From the NCBI GenBank assembly GCA_000004695.1, contig CM000154.2, positions 1 through 64,000 on the forward strand: a stretch of 64,000 nt of DNA. Reading direction: 5' to 3'. This document shows, one piece after another, positions 42,648 through 57,143 of the stretch. Numbering within the stretch: position 1 is the stretch's first letter; each line of letters begins with the position of its first letter. This DNA is from Dictyostelium discoideum. Its lineage: Eukaryota. The position numbers were made by a program, and so were the translations under genes. The notes beneath the pieces were generated by a model. That model was not told the origin of the DNA and made no database searches. It saw only the letters and a program-made list of their open reading frames with translations.

Positions 42648-43808
42648 TTATTTACTTTGTTTTATTTCTAGATCAGTGTCATTAATTATTGTGTCAAATA
42701 TACCTACTATATCGATATATAATTCCAATTTTTTATTTTTATTAAGTCTAATTAAGGAGTAGAATAAATGACCATTCCAAATTCTTAATAAATAGTTTAC
42801 CTTTGAATCTAATGATTCTAAACCAAAATCTTTAATAGAAATTGAAAAATTACACATACCAATTTTTTCAAACATTGTTGGCCGAAATCAAACCCAAAAG
42901 TATTTTTTAATAATTCTGTTGGGACTGGGATTTGAATAACTTTGAAAATAAATTTTCTTAAATCATTTTTAGTATAAAATTTACCTAATAATCCCAACCA
43001 TTTACAGTTATTTGGTTTATCTTTTTCTAAAATTTCGATTAGTTCACCATACCCTTGTTTTAATAAATCACCTCTTTCTTTAAAAAAGTTATCTATTATA
43101 ACCCCAATGTAATATGTATTGCCTCCAAATCCATCATCAGGTATAATCCTCCAATTTGAAAAAAATGTAGTTTTATCTTTTTCAAGGCTTAATGATGACA
43201 TACCATAATCAATTATATACAATTGCTTTGTTTTTATATCTATCATCATATTTTCACTATGCAGATCACCATGTTGAATAAACACCAAATTTTTTATCCA
43301 ATTGTATTTAAATAATTGTTTAATAATATTTTTTTTCTCCTCATCAAATGATGGATCTGTTTTTCTTGATTCATCTCTGTAATATTCGCTAACAAATTCA
43401 CCCTCTATTTTTTGAATTAGCAATAACATTCTATTAATATCTTTATGACAATCAACTTCGAATACAATTCCATATATTTTTGGTGTACATTCATCAACAC
43501 TGTGCATAATATAATGATATAATAATTCTTTTGTTACACAATCAATATATTCTTGACCAAAAGCTCCTAATAATTCTTTTGCAACATAATTGTTTTTCTA
43601 TTTTATCCCCATAATAGATAACATTATAAACAACACCAAATTGGCCACTTCCAATAACATTGTCACCTGCACCTTTATAAGGTATCGTTCCACAAAAATC
43701 ATTAATGTAGAAATCATTTAAAAACTCTTTGGGAATTGAAAAATGGAGTTTTTTCGAATAATCTTTAAGTTTATTATTGAAAGAGTCTTGGAATTCTTTT
43801 ATTTTCAT
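42648..43808 (-). CDS. Atypical protein-kinase-like / APH-choline-kinase-like protein (GSGQFGVVY...YVAKE...HGDLHSENMMID...IIDYG), broken by one or two 1-nt frameshifts in homopolymer runs.
   Basis: ORFs 43542..43808, 42818..43507 and 42648..42875 are consecutive frames of one gene. The shift between ...YYGDKIE and NNYVAKELL lies in an A5/T5 run at about 43593-43597. A second possible shift lies in an A6 run at about 42865. Confidence 0.5.
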
Positions 43809-44048
43809 TTGTATTTATTTTTTGACCAATTGTCAATTTAAAATTTAAAAAAAAAATTTTAAAAAAAATTCAAATCTTATTTTTTTTTTTTTTTTTTTTC
43901 CAAGATGTAATTTTTCTCAATTTTTTTTTTTAAAAAATAGGATTATAAGTTTAATATTTATTAAAATCTAAAAATAATTATGATCTTTTAGAAAGTTAAT
44001 AACTTTTTTTTTTTTTTTAATTTTATTTATTTAATTTTTTATTTTATT

Positions 44049-47000
44049 TTATTGATAATCAGAAAGTGGTGGGCAAGAACAAACTAAATTTTTATCACCA
44101 TGAACGTTATCAATTCTACCAACGGTTGGCCAGAATTTTGAGGCAACAGTTGCAGGAGTTGGGAAAGCAGCTTTAGAACGAGAGTATGGATAATTCCAAT
44201 TATCAGCGACAATAACTTTTTCAGTGTGTGGAGAATTAACGAGAACATTATTTTTTCTGTCGGCTTTACCAGTTTCAATCTCTCTAATTTCCTCACGAAT
44301 TAAAATGAGAGCATCACAAAGACGATCCAATTCATATTTTGATTCAGATTCGGTTGGTTCAATCATAAGAGTATTTGGTACTGGCCAAGACATGGTTGGA
44401 CCATGGAAATTCATATCTTGAAGACGTTTAGCTACATCTTCAGCTTCGATACCAGCAGATTCCTTAAACATTCTAAGATCAATAATGAATTCATGAGCTA
44501 CCAAACCATGGGAACCAGTGTAAAGAATTTTATAGTGATCCTTTAATCTACTTGCCATATAGTTTGCATTGAGAATGGCGACTTGGGTTGCTTTTTTCAA
44601 ACCTTGACCACCCATTAATTTCAAGTAAACATAAGTGATTGGAAGGATTGAACTTGAACCCCATGGACCAGCAGAAACTGCACTCATTGCACGTTCACCA
44701 CCTACACCCTTTACAACGGAATGACCTGGAAGGAATGGAGCGAGATGGGATTTAACGCAAATTGGACCCATACCTGGACCACCACCACCATGTGGAATAC
44801 AAAAAGTTTTATGAAGATTTAAATGACAAACATCGGCACCAATATCACCTGGACGACAAAGACCAACTTGAGCGTTCATATTTGCACCATCCATATAGAC
44901 TTGACCACCATTGGCATGAATGATATCACAAATATCATTGGCACCCTCTTCAAATACACCATGAGTGGATGGATAAGTGATCATAAGAGCAGCCAATGTA
45001 TCTTTATGTTTTTCAGCTTTAGCTTTAAGATCGGCAACATCGATATTACCATTGGTATCACAATCTACAACAACAACTTTCATACCAACCATTGCAGCAC
45101 TTGCTGGATTAGTACCATGAGCAGAGACTGGAATGAGACAAACATTTCTTTGACTTTGACCAATTGAAGTTAAATAAGAACGAATTACCATTAAACCAGC
45201 ATATTCACCTTGTGAACCAGCATTTGGTTGTAAAGAACAACCATCGAAACCAGTGACTTCACATAACATATTTGAGATTGATTCAAACATTTCCTTATAA
45301 CCAAGTGATTGATTAGCTGGTACAAATGGATGAATTGAATTAAATTCTGGCCATGAAACTGGATACATTTCAGTGGTAGCATTTAATTTCATTGTACAAC
45401 TACCCAATGGAATCATTGCTGTGGTTAAACCTAAATCCTTCTTTTGAAGTTTATGAATATAACGAAGAAGTTCATGTTCTGAATGATATCTATTAAAGAT
45501 TGGATGAGTAAGGAATGGTGTTTGACGAGCAAATTCTTCTGAAATAACAGAGATTGTAGAGGTTTCTTTTTCCAATTGTTCTGGTGATGATAAACCCAAT
45601 GGTTTTGATGCGTGAGCTGAAAATCCATTCAATAATGCACTGATATCAGCAGAGGTAACAGTTTCATCCAATGAGATTGAAATTGATTTACTACAATATT
45701 GACGAACATTAATTTGACGTGATTCCAATTCTTTAATCATCATATCGGTCTTATCACCAGTGATAATTAAAACTGTATCAAAGAATGGACGATCCAAAAC
45801 TGTATAACCCAATCTTTTAATACCTTCAGCGAGGATGATAGCTTTTCTATGAACTGCATTGGCAATATCTTTAATACCTTGTTGACCATGATAAACTGCA
45901 TACATTGCAGACATATTAGCCAAGAGTGCTTGAGAGGTACAAATGTTTGATGTTGCTTTTTCACGACGAATATGTTGTTCACGAGTTTGTAATGCCATAC
46001 GGAATGCTGAATTACCTTGTTTATCTTTACTTACACCAATGATTCTACCTGGAAGTAAACGAGCATACTTATCTTTAGTTGAAAAGAAAGCAGCATGTGG
46101 ACCACCAAAACCTAATGGTACACCAAATCTTTGACTATTACCCAAGGCAATATCAGCTCCCCATTCACCTGGTGGTTTCAATAATGCCAATGAGAGTAAA
46201 TCAGTGGCAGCTACAACCAATGCATTGGCTTGATGAGCACGATCTGCCATCTCCTTATAATCGGTAATGACACCATTGCTTGATGGATATTGAACGATAC
46301 AACCAACTACATCCTCTGTGAATTTGAAATCCTTTGAATCGACTACTTCAATACGAATACCCTTTGGTTCTGCTCTAGTTTTAATGGTATCAATTGTTTG
46401 TGGATGACAATATTTATCGACCAAGAAAGCAAATGGTCCTTTACTCTTTGAAATGTTTACACACATTTGCATTGCCTCTGCAGCAGCGGTTGCTTCATCC
46501 AATAATGATGCATTTGACATTGGTAAACCTGTAAACTCTGATACCATAGTTTGGAAATTCAATAAACTCTCCAAACGACCTTGACTAATCTCTGCTTGAT
46601 ATGGTGTGTATGGTGTATACCAACCTGGATTCTCTAAAATGTTACGTTGAATTACATGTGGTGTAATTGTTCCATAATAACCCATGCCAATGAATGATCT
46701 ATAAACTTTATTCTTTTCTGCAATCTTTTTTAAATCCTTTAATAATTGATTCTCACCAATAACTTTATTCTCTTCAATATTTAATTCTCTATTTAATCTA
46801 ATATCCTTTGGAATTGTATATTCGATCAATTGTTCTAAACTATTTGGATTCTTTTTTGAAAGTTTTGATGTATTAATACTTTTTAACATTTCATTAATTT
46901 CATTTTCATTTGGTCCAATATGTCTTTTTGGAAATGTATCTAATGCTTGAAATATTGATTGTTTTGTTGAATAATTCTAAAAAAAAAAAAAAAAAATTAA

Positions 47001-47134
47001 AAAAAAAAAAAAAAAATAATAAAAAAATATTATATTTAAAAAAAAAAAAGAAATAATAATAATATAAATATTTATTTTATTTTTTTTTAAGTTCTTGGAT
47101 AATAATGATGGGTAAATGGGTGAAAAATGGGGGT

Positions 47135-47179
<45 letters not shown>

Positions 47180-47251
47180 AATTTGCAAACATACTCTAAT
47201 TAAATTAGATTTTAATTTATTTATTCCATTATTACGTAATAATTTTAACAT
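44049..47251 (-). CDS. Glycine dehydrogenase (decarboxylating), P-protein of the glycine cleavage system: join(47251..47195, 46976..44049).
   Basis: Exon 1 [19 protein letters not shown] (mitochondrial presequence) with donor GTATGT. A 218-nt intron, acceptor ttttttag, then [31 protein letters not shown]... (the conserved RHIGP start) runs in frame into the 946-aa ORF with GPHAAFF and the PLP-lysine region. Confidence 0.9.
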
Positions 47252-47853
47252 TTTTATTTTATTATTTAAATTTATTATTTAAAATAAATATTACAACAAT
47301 CCAACAACAAAAATAGTTTTAATAAAATAAATAAATAAAATAATATTATCGAACAACAAAATAAGTGAACGAGTTAAAAAAAAAAAAAAAAAAAAAAAAA
47401 TGAAATTATTTAAAAATATCAAAAAAAAAAAAAAAAAAATTAAAAAAAAAAAAATTAAAAAAAAAACTAAAAGTGAAAAAATGTTAAACCAATCGATGAT
47501 GACTGTATGCATGAATTCAAAACAAAAAAAAAAAAAAAAAAAAAAAAACTTTTCGTTTTTCCATCCAAAATTACCGAAATAGATAAAGCCCAAAAAAAAA
47601 AAAATAAAATAAAATAAAAAAATAATGTTTAATCTTAAAAAAATAAAACTAAATCTCTAAATTTCTCTTTCTTTTTTTTTTTTTTTTTTATTAAAATAAA
47701 TAAATAAATAAATAAATAAAAAATAATAAAAAAAAAGAAACAATGGTTTTATTTATCCAATTATAAATTTATAATAAATTTTTATTATAATTTATTATTA
47801 TTTATTATTATTTATTTATTTATTTATTATTATTTATTATGATTTATTATGAT

Positions 47854-49162
47854 TTATTTTTTTAATTTTAATAAATTATCATGAGCTTTTTGCAAAGTTA
47901 AATCATCTTTACAAAAAGTGAAACGTACGAAATTTTCGGGTATTTTTTGATGATCATCACAATAGAAAGCAGAAGGTGGAATTGTAGTTACACCATATTC
48001 AGTTGTTAAATAACGAGCTATATTCCAATCACGTAAATGTAAACCCATACCAGTGATTGAGGTATCTTTACCTTGATCACCTTGTAAGTGTATACTTGAA
48101 GTATCACCCATGATAAAGTAAGTACCTTGTGGGATGACAGGATCTAAACCTGCTTGGGTGAGTGAATTTAAGAGAGTATCTCTTTTATTTTGATACATTG
48201 TTGCCAATTCTTTAAAGTAGTCTTTTATATTTGGTTGCTCCAAAGCTATGGCTACAGCTTCTTGAGTTGGTGTTGGTACACTGAATGGCACATATTGATG
48301 AGTGTTTGCAATTGCTCCAATGATATTGGAAGGACCGATACACCAACCTACTTTCCAACCAGTGATTGAAAATGTTTTACCAGCTGAACCAATTGTGATT
48401 GTTCTTTCCCACATACCAGGTAATGTTGCGAATCTATGATGTTCTTCACCATCGAATGTCATCCATTCATATACTTCATCACTGATGACAGTTGTATTTG
48501 GACCATGTTTAGCAACGACATCAGCAATCTCTTGTAACTCTTCTTTACTATAAACTTTACCAACTGGATTATGAGGATTGTTTAAAATGATTAATTTGGT
48601 TTTATCTGTGAATGCTGCTGCCAATTCTTCCTTATTAATTTTCCAATGTTTTGATGATCTTTTTTTATCTGAACTACCAGCTTGAGACGACTCCTCCTCT
48701 TTTAATGTTACAAATTTTGGTATACCACCTGCCATTAAAATTGGTCCAATATAGATATCAAAGAATGGTTCAATTAAAATAACTTCATCACCTTCATTAA
48801 CAATCGATGAAATCGCTGCAAATAATGATTCAGATGCTCCTACTCCAACCATAATCTCTGTCATTGCATTCAATTCTCTACCAAAGTATGGTGAATATAC
48901 TGATGATAATGCTTTAACCAATCTAATATGTCCTGGTGAACGTGTATATTGATTAAATCCACCAACTTCAATTGTTTTTATCATTGCATCTTTTACAAAT
49001 TTTGGTGGTTCAAAATTTGGAAATCCTTGTCCTAAATTAACTGCATTATATTTAATTGCTAATGGTGAAAATTCTATTTTTATATAATTAAATTAATAAA
49101 TAAATTAATAAATAAATTAAAATAAATAAATAAAATAAATAAATAAATTATTAGTATTATTA

Positions 49163-49194
<32 letters not shown>

Positions 49195-49326
49195 ATTATT
49201 ATTATTTATAATTTTTTTTATTATTATTAAATTCATACCCAACCACACTGATGGTCCAAAAGAACTTGTTTGTTTACTTGGTTTAAAAGTATAAGTCATT
49301 AATCTTTTTACTGTGTTTCTTAACAT
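47854..49326 (-). CDS. Kynurenine-oxoglutarate transaminase / cysteine-conjugate beta-lyase (class I aminotransferase): join(49326..49239, 49073..47854).
   Basis: Exon 1 MLRNTVKRLMTYTFKPSKQTSSFGPSVWL, donor G|GTATGA (phase 1). A 163-nt intron, acceptor aaaatag, giving ...SVWL-E-FSPLAIKYNAVNLGQGFPNFEPP... Downstream NPHNPVGKVY and SAGKTFSITGWKVGW (PLP-Lys region) are typical of KAT/CCBL. Confidence 0.85.
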
Positions 49327-49844
49327 TTGAAAAAATAAAAAAAAATAAAAAAATATGAAAAATATTTTTTACACGATAAAACTTTTTTAAAAAAAAAAAA
49401 AAAAAATAAAAAAAAAAAAAATTTTAATTACCAAAGGAGTTTTAAGAACCAACGCCAAAAATAAAAAAAAAAAAAATGAAAATAATTAAAAAGTCAAATA
49501 AAAAAAAAAAAAATATCTTTTTTTTATTTAGAACAAAATAAAAGAATAAAAATTTTCTTTAAACAATTCAATTTTTCTTTTTTATTTTTTTGTATTTTTT
49601 TTTATTATTTGGAAATTAGTTGTGGTAAAGTATAATACAAATTAAAAAAAAACATTACATTTTACCACCATTTAAATTTTATTTGGCAGATAAATATTAA
49701 AAATAATCTTTTGGATATTTATTTATGATGACATAAATATATATATATTTTTTTTTTTTAATTTTTTAATTTTTTTTTATTTTTTTTTAATTTTTTTTTT
49801 AAAAAAACTAAATCTTAAGTTTTTTTTCTTTTATAAATTAAATC

Positions 49845-49847
49845 TTA

Positions 49848-49907
<60 letters not shown>

Positions 49908-51749
49908 ATTTAAAAACCCTTGAGAGTTGATGGCATTTGTTGCACCTTGTTGTACAGCAGGATTTCTAGCAGCATTCATAGCACCTTGTTGTACAGCAGG
50001 ATTTCTTGCAGCATTTAATGCAAAACCACCCATTTGATTCATTTGTTGTTGTGATGGTTGTGGTACGCCACCTGCTGGTTTTGGTACTGGATAGGTTGGA
50101 CCTTGTTTAAATGTTGATGATACTGGACGAGGTGGTGCTTGCTGTTGTTGTTGTTGTTGTGGTGGTGCATATTGTTGTGGTGGTTGGTATTGTTGTGGTG
50201 GTGCATATTGTTGTGGTGGTTGATATTGTTGTGGGGCAGCACCACCTGGTGGTTTACCAAATGGAGAAGGTATACCACCAACAGGTCTTGGTGGTGCCTG
50301 TTGTTGTTGTGGAGTTGGAGCAGCACCACCACCATATTGTTGTGGAGTTGGATACATTGATTTAGCACCTGGTGGTGGAGCAGGTCGAGATGGTACTTGT
50401 TGTTGATTTGGTGGTGATGGTTGACGAAGTGGTTGTGGTGGTCTATATTGTTGTTGTGGTGGTTGTTGTTGTTCATATTCCCCATATTGTTGTTGTTGTG
50501 GTGGTGATGGTTGTTGATATTGATTTGGTTGTTGGTAACTTCCAACTTGTTGTGGTTGTGGTTGATATGGTTGTGGAGCTGAAGAAACTGGACGTGGTGG
50601 TGGAGCGCCATTTGATTGAGGTGGTGATGGTCTTTGAACATTATTAGTAACATTATTATTTAAACCTCCACTACTACCACTACTTGGATTACTTGATACA
50701 GGAGAATCATCTATAGATGGAATAGTTGTAGATTGACCTAAAAATTCAATTACTGGATTATAATATGGTGGAGTTTGTTGAATGAAATGAGAATTTTGAT
50801 CATGACTTGATGAGATTGTTGAGAATAAACCACTTAATGATAAAAGAATATTTTGAAGTGGCCATTCAAAGTAATCAATCTTATCCTCAAAGAATTGAGA
50901 TATATCAGATAATGCCTTTTGATTGGCAATTATAAATGATTCTCTCTTTGCATTGTAATTGTTTTGTTCTTGTTGTAATTTATGAATTTCTTTTGATGGT
51001 TTCTCTTTTAATGATTTTATCTTTGATGCACTCTTATCAACTTCTTCCAATAATTTATCTCTATCAGAAATTGCATCTTTAATAAATTTAGATCTTGCTA
51101 AATATTGTTGAATATAATCATAATTTGCTTTTTGACTTTGCTATTTATATATTTTGATAAAAAAAATAATTAATTATTAAATTTTAAAAATAAAAATAAA
51201 AATAAAAATAAAAATAAAATTACATACAGTCCATTCATTAAAACTTGCTTCTATAGTTTTATTTACTTCAGTTGTATATTGAGTAAGTGGATGTGAAGAT
51301 GGGAAATATTTTTGAACATTCTTATTCAAACTACTTGGATGAATAAAGGTTTCTATATAAAATTTTTAATTTTTTTAATTTTTTTTTTATTAAATAATTT
51401 AATTTAATGATAAATAATTAAAAATATTATTTATATTAATGACAGTAAAAATAATAATTACTTTGTAAATTTTTATCATGTTTTAATAAAGATTCATAGG
51501 TTTTAGTAATAGTTTCATTGAGTGTTGTATATTCTTTTCTTGCTGTTTCAAAGTTTAAATCAACTGAGCTTGGACCAGAGCTTACTAATCCTTTTAGCTA
51601 AAAATTTTTTTTTTTTTTATTAATTAAAAAATAAGAATTAGAAAAAAAATAAGAATTAAAAAAATTTAGATTAAATTTAATCTAAATTTTTTTTTTTTTT
51701 TTTTTTTTTTTTCAATATGAAAAACTTACTTTTGCTCCAAAAGATTTCA
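49845..51749 (-). CDS. N-BAR-like (amphiphysin/Rvs-like) coiled-coil protein with a long Pro/Gln/Tyr-rich tail (PPQQY repeats). The C-terminus ends in about 19 Lys encoded by a poly-A run. Four-exon model.
   Basis: Exons: 51749..51729 (MKSFGAK|GTAAGT), 51597..51462, 51353..51228 (donor GTATGT), 51140..49845. Exon 3 needs a 1-nt correction in an A5 run to keep frame (or my model is wrong there). Tandem 51-nt repeat (NAARNPAVQQGA x2) at about 49930-50030. Confidence 0.4.
49851..49906. repeat. 56-nt poly(T) (poly(A) on the minus strand), read in frame as the C-terminal poly-Lys of the upstream gene.
   Basis: Direct reading. Preceded by a duplicated aaatcttaag motif. Confidence 0.9.
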
Positions 51750-51802
51750 TATTTTTAAGTTTTCTAGTTTTATATAATTAATAATAGTTTTTTTAAAATG
51801 AA

Positions 51803-51833
<31 letters not shown>

Positions 51834-52105
51834 ATTGAATCTAAAAGTTTTTGATGTATAAGAAAGAAAAAAAAAAAAAAATTAGTTGTAAATTAATAAA
51901 TAAACAAAAAAAAAAAAATTTATAAAAAATAAAAAATTTAAAAAAAAAAAAAAACAAAATAAAATAATATTTTATTGTTTAAATTAAAATTAATTTTGAA
52001 CAATTCAAAAAAAAAAAAAAAAAAGCCAATTAGGGATAGGGGTAGTGTGTTTATTAAATTTTAATAAAAATAAGGAAAATTACCACTATCAACAAATTTA
52101 AAATG

Positions 52106-52154
<49 letters not shown>

Positions 52155-52531
52155 AAAAAAAAAAAAAAAAAAAAAAAGAAAAAAATTAAAAAAATTTAAA
52201 ATAAAAACTCATGGTTTCAAAAAATTCATTTTTTTAATAATCAAAAAAAATATTATCACTTCTTTTTTTATAATAAAACAAAAAATCGGAACGTTCAGAT
52301 TCCAAAATGTATTTCGAATGAAATCCAATAAAAATGATTGATTTTACTCTTTCTAAGTATTGTTTTTTTTTTTTTATTTTTTTTTATTTTATTTTTATTT
52401 TATTTTTATTTTTTTCCTTTTTTGTTTAAAAAAACAATTTGTTTTTTTTTTTTTTTTTTTACTTTTTTTTTTTTTTTAGTATATTTATTAATATTTTCAA
52501 CACAAAATCCCATTTTATTCATAATAAATTA

Positions 52532-52973
52532 TTATTTATTAATATTTGAAATTTGAGAATTTGAATATTTAGCAATTAAATAATTGGAAGTTTCAGTTAA
52601 TCTTGAATTTTCGGTTACTTCAGAATATTGATGACCACCAAAAACAATATTTCCAGCTTTATATGTCATTTCATTGATGATAAAAAGTAAAAGACTGATT
52701 GGAATGATTTCAAAGAAAAGATAATATACTAAATCCTTATACCAAAAACCCAATTTCAAAAATATTGTCAAACATGTCATTATGGCCCTAATTAAAAAAC
52801 ATAAAAATGAAAAAAATATAATTCCATTACTTCTCTTTTTAAGTTGTACAGATTCTTGTGTTTTAACTGCATCTGCAAATTTATCATCATAATGTTCATA
52901 ATAAGTTTTAAATCTAAAATAAAAAAAGAATAAAAACGTTTGTATTAATTTTTAGATTTACTTTTTTTAAATC

Positions 52974-53004
<31 letters not shown>

Positions 53005-53748
53005 CTTACAAAAATACAAAGAAAGTAACAGCAGTAATAAAATAAATAAAAGCTGCAATGAATTGTATGATCATTTGAAAAACTGAAGTTGGTTGATCAA
53101 CTGATGCTGTTTCATATGGAAATAATACAAAATCCAAAATGAATAAAATTGCCAGTATTAAATAAATAACAACATTTGCAATAATGACAACTGTTTTTAA
53201 TTTTTGCATATCTACTGCTTTAACTACTAATGTTCCTTGAAAAATTTGAATTCTTAAAAAAAAAAAAAAAAAAAAAAAAAAGATTAATAATTAAATTTTA
53301 AATAATAAATAATAATAATTTTAAAATTATTGATACAAACGATAAAAGTAAAGCCATTGAAAAAAAGGTTAAATAAAAAAAACTAGGTAATTCATTTGTT
53401 AGAAACAATAGATTACCATCAATTTCTTTAACTTTTTCTTCATTTATTATAAAAAGTGAAAATGATACCGCCCTTAATAATGACGCTATAAGTAAAACTA
53501 TATGAAAAGATATTATAAAAATATTTTTTTTGGCTTTATATATTTATTTATTTTATTTGTGTATGGATAAATTAAAAATTTTTAGTATAAAAAAAAAAAA
53601 AAAAAAAAAAAATTAGATTGTTGGTTATGGAAATAAAACTACATACTCGTTGATCTTATAAAACTTATTATTGATAAAATAGCTAATATTGTATATAAAG
53701 AAATTAATGCTATATGTGAATAATCATAATATGCATTTGTTATTGCCA
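52532..53748 (-). CDS. Multi-exon gene for a small multi-pass membrane protein; function unknown, structure only partly resolved.
   Basis: Last exon about 52922..52532 (...IMTCLTIFLKLGFWYKDLVYYLFFEIIPISLLLFIINEMTYKAGNIVFGGHQ...). It is joined in phase 2 to exon about 53286..53011 (RIQIFQGTLVVKAVDMQKLKTVVIIANVVIYLILAILFILDF...FFVF) through TT|GTAAGT. Candidate first exon from the ATG at 53748 (MAITNAYYDYSHIALI...) needs a 1-nt shift to continue into LYTILAILSIISFIRST. Confidence 0.35.
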
Positions 53749-54439
53749 TTTCTATAGCATAATCTATCTATTATACAATTATCTTTTTATATTATTTTAT
53801 TTTATTTTATATTTTATTTTATTTTTTTATTTTTTATTTTTTTTAATTATCTCTTTAATTTTATTTAATTTTATTTTTATTATTTTTCTTTTTTTCCAAA
53901 TCTGATTTAGCTATTTCTTTTTTTTTACTTTTTTTCTTTTTTTTTATTTGAATCTAAAATTATGTTGTTATTTTTCAGGGTTTTTTTTTTTTTTTTTTTT
54001 TTTTCTTTTTACTTTTTTTTTTTTTTTCTTTTTACTTTTTTTTTTTTTTTTTTTTTTATTTGAAACTAAAATGTTTCAAAAAATTTTTTTTTTTTTAATA
54101 ATATAATAATTTAATAATATAATAATAAAAACAATACCAATAAAAAAATAAAAATAAAAATAAAAATAATTAAAATAATAATAATAATAGAATATTATTT
54201 TTCTATACAAAATTATATACACACAACCACACAAATATATAGTACTATGATTATTGTTGTAGATTAAAATACTGATACAATATTATTATTATTTGTATTT
54301 TGGCAAGATGATTGAAAAAATAAAAATGAAAATAAAATAATAATTAAAAATAACAAAAATAAAAAATAAAAAATTATTATAATTAAAGCGTGGTTATATT
54401 TAACCTATTTTTATTATATATGTGAAAAATTCAATATTG

Positions 54440-54484
<45 letters not shown>

Positions 54485-54881
54485 AAATTAAACCAAATTA
54501 AAAAAAAAAATTCACCAAATTTTTAAAAAAAAAAAAAAAAAAAAAAACCGGTTTCCTAATTTGGTTTGGGTTTGGACCAAACCCTAAAAAATTAATATAT
54601 CTTTTTATCAAATAATTTTATCACCTTTAAATTTAAAAAAAAAATTAAAAAAAAATTAAAAATAGAAAATGGAAATAAATAATAGGATAAATAGATAAAT
54701 TAATAATACAATTTCTCATTAATATATATATATATATTTTTAAAAATGAATACCAATAGAAACAAAAAAAAAAGTACACAAAATAAAAAATATTACTTTG
54801 GTTTTAAATTTATTTTTATTTATCAAAATGTAAAGCTGATGTTATTTTATAATTTTTTTTTTTATTTTTTATTTTTTCTTT

Positions 54882-56472
54882 TTATCTTATATCTAGACCT
54901 TTTTTATTATAAAATGAATCGAGATTTGAAGAAAAAGAAGACTCTTTATTTGAAGGAAATAAATTCCAAAATCTTAAACTATTATCACCAGCTCCAGTAC
55001 AAACGGTTTGACCATCAGGAGAAACCGCCAAATAAAGGACTCTCATTGTATGGCCAGTTAAAGTGGTAACGGGTGTCATTGTGGGATAGTTCCAAACAGT
55101 GATTTGATTCTGTGAGTAGCCATGAGTGCTCACCAATTCATTAATATTCTTACTCCATGCTAAATTACAAACTTGACTACCAGTATCAATTGATTGAATG
55201 GATTGACCTGTAGTTGTATTCCAAAACCTTATACATTTATCATGAGTACCACCACCTGATGCTAATAATCCACGTTGATGTGGACTCCATGCAATAGCTT
55301 TAACTGCTGCATAATGAAATTTAAATTGATAAAGAGGTTTACTTGTATTTTGTTGTTGTTGTTGTTGTGAGATAGAAGAGGTATTTGATGATGGTGGTGG
55401 TGGTGGTGGTTGATGTTGTTGTTGAGGTTGTTGAGTCATTGAATGATCCCAAACATTTAATAAATTATCATTACCACCAGATGCTAATTGTTGACCATCA
55501 GGAGACCATTTTAAACCACAAATTTCATGCCTATGACCAACTAATCTATTTGTGTAATTATTACTACAATCACGTACATCATGATGTAGAATCACTTTAT
55601 CCTTACCACCACTACTCAGTATATGATTATTCCAAGCCAAAGCGTTCACTCTTGTATTGTGACCTTGTAATTCTCTAATCTTTTTCTTTTTATTTACATC
55701 CCAAATCGAGACTACACCATCAGTACCACCAATTGCCAAATGAATACCACCACGTTGTATCCAACCAACTGATGAAACTGGTTGACCTGATTCCATTTCA
55801 CAAAGTTTTGAAACTTGGCTTGTAGTTGCATTCCAAAGATAAACACTAGTATCCAAACCTACAGCTAAAATATTATGTGAACTCCAATCAATTAAATTTA
55901 AATAAAAGTCATCTTTTATCATTGGAGCATCTAATATCTTTATTGGTGTTTTCGATATCTTTCTTTGTGGTTTTCTTGGTGATGAAAGTAATTTCTGACT
56001 ATCATCACTCAACAATGATAATGAATATGGTGAGCAATCTAAATGATTACTCATTGTTGATTTTTGTTTTTGATTATATTTTAATATTCCAAAATTATTA
56101 TTATTATTATTATTACTATTATTATTATTCATTGTTGCACTCATTAAACTTTGTTTTTTACTTGGTGATTGATTAATATTTATTAAATTATTATTTGTAT
56201 TTGTATTTGTATTTGTATTAGTAGTATTGGTAGTATTGGTAGTAGTTGTTGTTGTAGTAGTAGTGTTATTACTATTATTATTGTTATTATTTGTAGCATT
56301 GGTAGTAGTTGTGGGTATATTTGTATTTGTTGTTGTTGTGGTTGTTGTTGTAGCAGTTGTGTCATTAATATTTACATTGTTGTTGTTGTTGTTATTGTTA
56401 TTGTTATTGTTATTGTTTGTGGGTGTATCAATATTATTATTATTATTATTATTATTGTTATTATTTACATGG

Positions 56473-56545
<73 letters not shown>

Positions 56546-56959
56546 AAATTGAAGATTTATAAATAGAAGAGGGTGAATCAAAAAAGTTTGAGGAAAGAGA
56601 AGAACCTAATAGTTCATTCTTTAATACTATATTATATGCTAAATGACTTTCATCCCTTTGTTTATCTATTGTGTATGAGTTTTCTGAAGGATAACAATAT
56701 AGATACTCATAAGATGATTCATCAAAACTATAGTTATTTTGGGATTCTAAACCAATTGAAAGTGGTATAAATCTATCACCATAACTATCATATGATGGTG
56801 TAGTAGTGGTAGTGGTGGTAGTTGTTGTTGGTGTAGTTATTGGTGTTGTTGTAGTAGTTGTTGTTGTTGATGTACTCTTAATTGGTGTAGTGATATTATT
56901 ATTAATATTACTTCCACTATTATTGCTATTATTATTGTTATTATTGCTATTCAAGTTAA

Positions 56960-56992
<33 letters not shown>

Positions 56993-57143
56993 TACCATTA
57001 TCTTCATAAGTTGAGTGAAAAATAGATAATGGCAATGGGATTGGTGTATTATTGTTGTTATTACTATAATTATTATAATAATTAGTTTTTGAACCTGGTG
57101 ATTTTGATGGTGATCTTAATTTCTTTTCATATTCTGAATGAAA

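Noticed and set aside
46977-47192. [14 protein letters not shown]... upstream of the glycine dehydrogenase ORF as its N-terminus.
   Set aside because: It lies in the 218-nt intron. The real first exon ([19 protein letters not shown]) is at 47251-47195 and joins in frame via GTATGT...ttttttag.
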